Shown here: positions 58,421 to 64,000 of the stretch, piece by piece
Numbering within the stretch: the stretch's first letter is position 1
Layout: every line of letters begins with the position of its first letter
NCBI GenBank assembly: GCA_964355745.1
Contig: CAYHEN010000001.1
Coordinates: forward strand, 17-64,016
Length of the DNA: 64,000 nucleotides
Reading direction: 5' to 3'
DNA from: Candidatus Woesearchaeota archaeon
Lineage (GTDB): Archaea; Nanobdellota; Nanobdellia; Pacearchaeales; GW2011-AR1
Program-made: the position numbers and the translations under genes
Notes under the pieces: generated by a model
The model's input: the letters and a program-made list of their open reading frames with translations, nothing else
What the model was told of the DNA's origin: nothing
The model's database searches: none

Positions 58421-58672
58421 ATGAAAAAGATTTCAAAGACAGAAGCTGAAGAAAAGATAAAAAAATTCTTTGAGAATATTGAAAATAAATCTCCAAGAGA
58501 TATTAAAAAAATGAAAAAATTAGCAATGAGTCATAATCTTCAGTTAAAAGGATTAAGAAAAAAATTCTGCAAGAAATGTTTCAGTCCAGATTTGAAAATA
58601 AGGGGTATAAAAAAGAAAATAAAAACAGTTGAGTGTAAAAGTTGTGGAAATTTAATGAGATGGGGAATTTAA
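58421..58672 (+). CDS. rnp4: RNase P protein component 4 (Rpp21), compact
   Basis: KKLAM...RKKFCKKC...VECKSCG Zn ribbon. Confidence 0.75.
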   Translation: MKKISKTEAEEKIKKFFENIENKSPRDIKKMKKLAMSHNLQLKGLRKKFCKKCFSPDLKIRGIKKKIKTVECKSCGNLMRWGI

Positions 58673-58675
58673 AGA

Positions 58676-58873
58676 TTAAGATTTTTTGAATTTTCCAACA
58701 AGTTCAATCAAATCTGTTTGCCCTAAAAACATACTTCTGCAACAGGCTCTTTCCAAACCAAGCTCATCCATTACTTTTTTGGGATTTTCTCCACTAGAAG
58801 TTCTTTTCTTGTACTCTCCCCAAAGGTGTCCTATTGGCTTTCCGCAACTGAAACAACGAACTGGAATTATCAT
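58676..58873 (-). CDS. rpoN: RNA polymerase subunit Rpo10 (N)
   Basis: MIIPVRCFSCGK...LGLERACCR. Confidence 0.95.
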   Translation of the reverse strand: MIIPVRCFSCGKPIGHLWGEYKKRTSSGENPKKVMDELGLERACCRSMFLGQTDLIELVGKFKKS

Positions 58874-58962
58874 AATATTATGCCTTATTTTTGGTTTATA
58901 AAACTTTGTAAGTAGATCAATTACACAAGATTTAAATAAATCCCAACACGGTTGGAGACAGG

Positions 58963-59162
58963 ATGAAAAACGACAATATAATTGAATTAAAAAATGTTTG
59001 CAGATATTATCAATTAGGAAATGTGAAAATAAAAGCCCTTTGTGATGTAGATTTACAGATTAAAAGAGGAGATTTTCTTTCTTAATCGGTACACTTTCGG
59101 GGGTGCTTCCTGCAATGCAGGCAGCAAAATTAAATCCTGCTGATGCACTCAGATATGAGTGA
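58963..59162 (+). pseudogene. Deletion scar joining ABC ATPase start to MacB/FtsX-type permease end
   Basis: MKNDNIIELKNVCRYYQLGNVKIKALCDVDLQIKRGDFLS* (58963-59085), then in another frame FLIGTLSGVLPAMQAAKLNPADALRYE* ending at 59162. Confidence 0.85.
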
Positions 59163-59223
59163 GTAGAGAATAAAAATATTTAAAAACTAACTTTATTTTT
59201 CAAGATGACTAAAAGGTGAAAAA

Positions 59224-59445
59224 ATGAGGAAATGTATTTTTTGTGGGAAAGAGAAAGTCCATGAAGATGCAGTAATGGATTTCTGCGATGATTGTGGGAT
59301 AAGGGTTTGGGGCCCTAAGATGTTTGCCACAATAAAGGCTAATTATACTAAAGCGAGAGATGAAGATGATTTGATTCATATGGACACTAGTTCTACTTTG
59401 AAGACATTAAGAGGAGATTCTCAAAGGGCCAGGAAAATTACATAA
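59224..59445 (+). CDS. Small Zn-finger protein
   Basis: CIFC...CDDC; GGTGA SD-like sequence upstream. Confidence 0.65.
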   Translation: MRKCIFCGKEKVHEDAVMDFCDDCGIRVWGPKMFATIKANYTKARDEDDLIHMDTSSTLKTLRGDSQRARKIT

Positions 59446-59483
59446 TAAGATAGTTTTTTAAATGAAATATTTCTGAATAATTT

Positions 59484-59747
59484 ATGGTAAACAAAAAGCC
59501 TATTAGGACTCGAGGAAAATTACAGCTTAGTAGGTACTTTCAGGAACTAAATGAAGGAGATTTTGTAGCCGTATCTAGAGAGCAATCTCTTCCCATAAAT
59601 TTCCCAAAAAGGTTTCAGGGGCTTACAGGACAAGTTGAAGGTAAGAGAGGAAGTGTTTATATTGTAAAAATCAAGGATGGAAACCAGGAAAAGAGAATTT
59701 TAATCGCACCAATACATTTAAAAAAAATAAAACAAATTAAGAAGTAA
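59484..59747 (+). CDS. rpl21e: 50S ribosomal protein L21e
   Basis: RGK..LSRYFQ...GD.V...P.RFQGLTG.V...RG...PIHLK. Confidence 0.92.
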   Translation: MVNKKPIRTRGKLQLSRYFQELNEGDFVAVSREQSLPINFPKRFQGLTGQVEGKRGSVYIVKIKDGNQEKRILIAPIHLKKIKQIKK

Positions 59748-59840
59748 AATGAGCAAACACGAAATCCAATTCGCAATCTCGCTGATATGGATTATACGCG
59801 AAATTGCTCACCACAAATACAAAATAGGAGATTTTGCATA

Positions 59841-60146
59841 ATGATAAAAAATAGCGAACCATTGAGCATGGCTGAAGTTATTGAATACGTCAGGAAAGGC
59901 GAGGAAAGTGAAACAGAAATAATTGGATTCATAAAAAAATTTAACAAATTAAAGGCTAAAGAAGCCATACAATTAAAACAAGAAATAGAATCTTTAAATA
60001 TTATAAAGGTAAGAGCAGAATATCTGGTAAAGATAATAGACTTGTTGCCTGAGAATTCAGAAGAATTAAACAAAATTTTTGTGGATGTCAGCTTGGATGA
60101 AGATGAAACAAAAAAAATACTTGATACAGTTAAAAAATTTAAATGA
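59841..60146 (+). CDS. rpoF: RNA polymerase subunit Rpo4 (F)
   Basis: PLSMAEV...KIIDLLP; conserved rpl21e-rpoF-DUF655 order. Start ATG 59841 with upstream AGGAG. Confidence 0.85.
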   Translation: MIKNSEPLSMAEVIEYVRKGEESETEIIGFIKKFNKLKAKEAIQLKQEIESLNIIKVRAEYLVKIIDLLPENSEELNKIFVDVSLDEDETKKILDTVKKFK

Positions 60147-60688
60147 TGAAAATGGAAAAAGAAGAAAATGCAATTATATTAGATTATCTACCGAATGGGT
60201 ATCCTCTAGAAAGAAAAATGATCCCTGTAGCCCAAGCTATAGGGAAAAGAAATTTGATATTGTTAGAATTAGTTCCTAGAAGAGGGATCTCCTTGGAAGT
60301 TGGGGAAGAAGTCTATATCGGAGAAGGAAAACGGGACAAGATATATTACATTCTTGGAAGATTGCACAGGGAAAGATTAACCGAATCTGCAAAAAATCAA
60401 TTGCAGGAATTTATAGAAAAAATAGTTAAGGAAAGGGAAAAGGAATTTGTTGAGTTTTTCAACAAATCAGAAGCAATAAATAAAAGGCTTCATCAGGTTG
60501 AACTGCTTCCTGGATTTGGAAAGAGACATATGCACGAAATATTAAATCAAAGGAAAGAAAAAGATTTTGTGTCTTTTGAAGACATGAAGAAAAGAATACA
60601 AAATCTCCCTGATCCTGAAAAAGCAATACAAAAAAGAATATTAACTGAGTTAATAAATATTGAAAGACACAATTTATTTGTGAAATAA
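60143..60688 (+). CDS. DUF655 RNA-binding protein
   Basis: ILDYLPNG, AQAIG, LLEL, RLHQVELLPGFGK. Confidence 0.88.
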   Translation: MMKMEKEENAIILDYLPNGYPLERKMIPVAQAIGKRNLILLELVPRRGISLEVGEEVYIGEGKRDKIYYILGRLHRERLTESAKNQLQEFIEKIVKEREKEFVEFFNKSEAINKRLHQVELLPGFGKRHMHEILNQRKEKDFVSFEDMKKRIQNLPDPEKAIQKRILTELINIERHNLFVK

Positions 60689-60693
60689 ACCAA

Positions 60694-61191
60694 ATGGAAC
60701 AAGCACAAAGACACAAACCAGAAGAGGAAAAATATGAAGAGAAGTTAATTAGAATTCTATCAAAAGACATTGAGGGGGGCTTGAAAACCTATGTTGGGTT
60801 GACAAAAATTAAAGGGATATCCTGGAGTTTGGCGAATGCAATCTGCAAGTCACTAAAACTCGATAAAAACAGAAAAATCGGTTCTTTAAGCAAGGAAGAA
60901 ATAGAAAAAATAAATGGTTTCATAAAAAATCCGAAAATACCGGCTTATTTGTTAAACAGAAAAGTTGATTATGAAACAGGAGAAAACAAACACCTTATTG
61001 GAAGTGATTTGGAATTGCAAAAAGAAATGGATATTGGAAGATTGAAAAAAATCAAGAGCTATAAGGGATATAGACATGCTATGGGCTTGCCTTTGAGAGG
61101 ACAAAGAACAAAAAGCCATTTCAGAAAGAACAAAAAGAGGGGAGTCGGAATTAAAAAGAAAACTGTGCTTAAAAAGCAGGAAGGAAAATAA
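60694..61191 (+). CDS. rps13: 30S ribosomal protein S13
   Basis: IKGI, LLNR, SYKGYRHAMGLPLRGQRTKS. Confidence 0.95.
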   Translation: MEQAQRHKPEEEKYEEKLIRILSKDIEGGLKTYVGLTKIKGISWSLANAICKSLKLDKNRKIGSLSKEEIEKINGFIKNPKIPAYLLNRKVDYETGENKHLIGSDLELQKEMDIGRLKKIKSYKGYRHAMGLPLRGQRTKSHFRKNKKRGVGIKKKTVLKKQEGK

Positions 61192-61686
61192 ATGAAAAGA
61201 AAACACAAAACCTATTCAAGACCAAAAAGACCTTTTGATAAAGCAAGAATACAGGAAGAGGGGGAGATAAAAAAGGAATTTGGGTTGAAGAATAAAAGAG
61301 AGATATGGAAAGCAGATGCAAGAATAAAATCAATAAGAGAAAAAGCAAAGAAGTTGATTTCTGCTGACGAATCTGAAAAAAGAGCCTTTTTTGAAAGATT
61401 AAAGAAAATGGGGTTCAAAGTAGATTCTATCAGTGATGTTCTTTCCCTGGACAAGAGAGATTATTTGAAAAGAAGGTTACAAACTGTTCTTGTAAATAAG
61501 AGGATGGCTCATACTCTAAAGGGGGCAAGGCAATTGATAACCCATAAAAAAGTTTTAGTTGGAGAGAACAATATAAATTCCCCGTCTTATATAGTCCAGA
61601 TTGACCTAGAAAACAAGATTACAATCAAACCAAGCAAAGAAAAAAAGAAGGTTGTTAAAGAAGCGATAGGAGTAGAAAATGAGTGA
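61192..61686 (+). CDS. rps4: 30S ribosomal protein S4
   Basis: FGLKNKREIW, RRLQT, ARQLITH, SPSY. Confidence 0.95.
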   Translation: MKRKHKTYSRPKRPFDKARIQEEGEIKKEFGLKNKREIWKADARIKSIREKAKKLISADESEKRAFFERLKKMGFKVDSISDVLSLDKRDYLKRRLQTVLVNKRMAHTLKGARQLITHKKVLVGENNINSPSYIVQIDLENKITIKPSKEKKKVVKEAIGVENE

Positions 61687-62164
61687 ACAAGAAATGATTG
61701 AAGAAGTTAGACAAAAGGCAGAGCCTTTAGCCAATTCATCTCTTACGAGCCAAATTAAGGAAGAAAAAAAGCCAAGAGAAAAACACGGAAAAGAAATAGA
61801 AGCTGTTGTAAATATTTATACTTCTTTCAATAACACAATCGCTCATGTTACAGACATGTCCGGAAGAACAATTGCAAAGGTAAGCGGAGGGCAGGTAACG
61901 AAACATGGAAGATTAAAAGCAAATCCAACTATTGCTATATTTATCGCAAAGAGAATTGCAGAAACCTTGAATGATTTGGGAATAAAATTTCTTTATGTAA
62001 GAATAAGAGCAAAGACGAGAAGTCCTGCGCCTGGACCAGGAGCAAATGCGATAATCAAGAGTCTGACAAGAGAAGGCTTTAAGATACTGAATATATTAGA
62101 TACTACAAGATATCCGCGTGGAGGACCTAAGAAGAAGGGCGGAAGAAGGGGCAGGAGGCCATAG
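61679..62164 (+). CDS. rps11: 30S ribosomal protein S11
   Basis: SFNNT..HVTD.SG, PGPGA, GGRRGRR. Confidence 0.95.
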   Translation: MSEQEMIEEVRQKAEPLANSSLTSQIKEEKKPREKHGKEIEAVVNIYTSFNNTIAHVTDMSGRTIAKVSGGQVTKHGRLKANPTIAIFIAKRIAETLNDLGIKFLYVRIRAKTRSPAPGPGANAIIKSLTREGFKILNILDTTRYPRGGPKKKGGRRGRRP

Positions 62165-62225
62165 AGTTCCAAGAGAAAAGAGACCTTAAACATAAATTTA
62201 AAAATCAAATTTGTAAGATAATAAA

Positions 62226-62948
62226 ATGAAAATAATAGATAAGAAAGACCATCAGATAACTTTCAGTACAGAGTTAGACGAAAGTTTGGCTAATGCAATA
62301 AGAAGATATGTGGATCAGATTTCTATTCTTGCTGTTGATGAAGTCGAAATCTCAAAGAATGATTCTCCATTATACGACGAGACAATTGCCCACAGAATTG
62401 GACTTGTTCCTTTAAAAATGGATAAGACAATCAGTGAAAAGAGTGTTGAGCCCATAACTCTAATCGCGAAAAAAGACGGGATAATTTATTCTGAAGAGAT
62501 GAAGGGGAAAGTAAAGCCAGTCTATGATAAAATCCCTATAACTATTTTGAAGAAAGGACAGGAATTAGAAATACTCGCTACTGCGAGAGTAGGAAAAGGA
62601 AGCAGACATTCTAAATTCTCTCCCGGATTGATGTTTTACAGAAATTTAATAAAAGTAAAAGTAGACAAAGATTGTCCAAAGGAAATTATCAACAGTTGTC
62701 CTTTGGGAGTTTTTGGATTAGAAGATGGAAAGGTTGCAGTTATCGATGAAAACAAATGCGATATGTGTGAAATGTGTGTTGATATGGCAAGAAAAATGGG
62801 TAAAAACTCTATTGAATTAACACCAACAGGAGAATTAGTTATTACAATAGAATCTTTCGGGCAAATAGATGAAAAAGAAATTTTCAAGAGAGCAATCGAA
62901 ATATTACAGGATGATTTGAAAGAAGTTTCTAAAAAGATTTCTAAATAA
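62226..62948 (+). CDS. rpoD: RNA polymerase subunit Rpo3 (D)
   Basis: ANAIRR, DETIAHRIGLVPL, HSKFSP, ferredoxin-like CP...CDMCEMC insert. Confidence 0.95.
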   Translation: MKIIDKKDHQITFSTELDESLANAIRRYVDQISILAVDEVEISKNDSPLYDETIAHRIGLVPLKMDKTISEKSVEPITLIAKKDGIIYSEEMKGKVKPVYDKIPITILKKGQELEILATARVGKGSRHSKFSPGLMFYRNLIKVKVDKDCPKEIINSCPLGVFGLEDGKVAVIDENKCDMCEMCVDMARKMGKNSIELTPTGELVITIESFGQIDEKEIFKRAIEILQDDLKEVSKKISK

Positions 62949-62991
62949 GAATTATAAAGATTTTTATATAATTGATTTGTCCTATTTTTAA

Positions 62992-63075
62992 GCGGGAATG
63001 CCGGAGCGGTCAAACGGGACAGACTCAAAATCTGTTGGCTCAGTGCCTACATAGGTTCGAATCCTATTTCCCGCA
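62992..63075 (+). tRNA. tRNA-Leu(CAA)
   Basis: GCGGGAA/TTCCCGC acceptor, ACAGA-CTCAAAA-TCTGT anticodon arm, long variable arm. Confidence 0.95.
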
Positions 63076-63084
63076 TAAATTAAC

Positions 63085-63420
63085 ATGACAAAAACAGTTG
63101 AAACTATCACTGCAAAAATATATTTAGGATTAAGGGAAGGATATACAAGCAATATCCATAGTATTGATGAACTTAAAACTTTTTTACAAGAGTATATCAA
63201 TAGAGTTGGATTATGTGTAACAGTAACTCCAACAACTTTTCTTTATAAAGACGGAAAAGAAGAGGGGGTTATAATTGGATTAATAAATTATCCGAGATTT
63301 CCAACAACTAAAGAAAAATTAAAAAATACTACAGCAGAAATTGCACAACTCTGTAAAAATAAATATAAACAGAACAGGGTATCTATAGAATATCAAGAAG
63401 AAACAGTCATGATAGAATAA
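63085..63420 (+). CDS. Conserved hypothetical protein
   Basis: 111-aa ORF with motif CVTVTPTTFLY..GKEEGVIIGLINYPRFP; starts 10 nt after the tRNA. Confidence 0.7.
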   Translation: MTKTVETITAKIYLGLREGYTSNIHSIDELKTFLQEYINRVGLCVTVTPTTFLYKDGKEEGVIIGLINYPRFPTTKEKLKNTTAEIAQLCKNKYKQNRVSIEYQEETVMIE

Positions 63421-63431
63421 AGAAACTAAAC

Positions 63432-63440
63432 TTTTATAAA
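63432..63440 (+). promoter_or_regulatory. TATA box upstream of rpl18e operon
   Basis: TTTTATAAA about 25 nt upstream of the structured leader at 63465. Confidence 0.55.
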
Positions 63441-63521
63441 CCATAATTCTCTTAAATTTTTACCTGCGAGTTAACGCGCATAGCGGGTGAATACATATTC
63501 ACTATTTCTCGCAAAAACCAA

Positions 63522-63890
63522 ATGAAAAGCAAAACATCAATAGAAAAACAATTAGAAAAGAAAACAAATCCACAATTAGTTAAAACTATAATTGAAGCCA
63601 AGAAAAAAAAGAACTGGCTTGAAGTTGCTGCAGTTCTTTCAAGTCCAAGAGCGAAAAGAATAAACATGAATCTTGACAAAATAAATGAAGAGGCTAAAGA
63701 TGGGGAGATTGTTGTTGTTGCTGGAAAGGTTTTATCCCAAGGACAGCTAAACAAAAAGATTAAAATAGTTGCTCTAAGTTTTTCTGAAATGGCAAAGGAA
63801 AAAATATCAAAAGCAAAAGGAGAAGCCATGACAATATTGGAAGAAATTAAAAAAAATCCTGAGGCAAAAAATGTGAGGTTTTTGAAATGA
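63522..63890 (+). CDS. rpl18e: 50S ribosomal protein L18e
   Basis: KTNPQL, NLDKIN, VVAGKVLSQG, FSEMAKEKI. Confidence 0.95.
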   Translation: MKSKTSIEKQLEKKTNPQLVKTIIEAKKKKNWLEVAAVLSSPRAKRINMNLDKINEEAKDGEIVVVAGKVLSQGQLNKKIKIVALSFSEMAKEKISKAKGEAMTILEEIKKNPEAKNVRFLK

Positions 63891-64000
63891 AAGTCATAGA
63901 CGGAAAAGATGCAATCTTAGGAAGGTTAGCAAGTTATGCTGCAAAAGAAGCGCTTAAAGGAGAAGATATTGCAATTATAAATTGCGAGCAGATAATGATA
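63887..64000 (+). CDS. rpl13: 50S ribosomal protein L13 (partial)
   Basis: MKVIDGKDAILGRLASYAAKEALKGEDIAIINCE; ATGA overlap with rpl18e. Confidence 0.93.
   Translation, partial: MKVIDGKDAILGRLASYAAKEALKGEDIAIINCEQIMI

Noticed and set aside
59787..59840. N-terminal extension of rpoF in the track
   Set aside because: It begins inside the intergenic hairpin; ATG 59841 has an SD-like AGGAG and gives a normal Rpo4 length.
62988..63200. 70-aa minus-strand ORF
   Set aside because: Antisense translation of tRNA-Leu(CAA) and the adjacent gene.
1153..63829. Many 60-156 aa ORFs antisense to or nested in long genes
   Set aside because: Shadow ORFs with no motifs, fully overlapping well-supported genes.
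1..64000. CRISPR arrays, IS elements, integrases, long tandem repeats
   Set aside because: No regularly spaced repeats and no transposase, recombinase or cas motifs were recognised by eye.

Overview
AT-rich archaeal DNA, most likely from a small-genome DPANN lineage (Pacearchaeota/Woesearchaeota-like). This is inferred from the archaeal ribosomal and RNAP genes, TATA promoters, the unlinked 5S rRNA and compact proteins; it was not checked by search. About 0.7-53.7 kb is one very large, mosaic surface-glycan biosynthesis and modification island. It holds 12 radical-SAM enzymes (7 with a B12-binding domain, 5 SPASM/twitch type), 5 class I methyltransferases, GT2/GT4/GT9/GT-C glycosyltransferases, a flippase, NDP-sugar epimerases and an ADP-heptose-type module (hldE, gmhB) with an uncharacterised DHS-fold-like gene where gmhA would be expected. 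It also holds a split ThDP enzyme whose beta half is fused to a radical-SAM domain, a non-carboxylating RuBisCO-like protein coupled to a BcbE-like nucleotidyltransferase, and several unusual fusions (GT9-Nudix, NTP-transferase-GT4, GHMP kinase-NTP-transferase). About 53.7-64 kb is housekeeping: secD/secF, four tRNAs (including an apparent A34 tRNA-Leu(AAG) and an intron-containing tRNA-Arg(CCT) with C33), a stand-alone 5S rRNA, rnp4, rpoN, rpl21e-rpoF-DUF655-rps13-rps4-rps11-rpoD-tRNA-Leu-rpl18e-rpl13, plus deletion scars and three GC-rich intergenic hairpins. No CRISPR array, transposase or integrase was seen. All protein calls come from reading motifs by eye, not from database searches.
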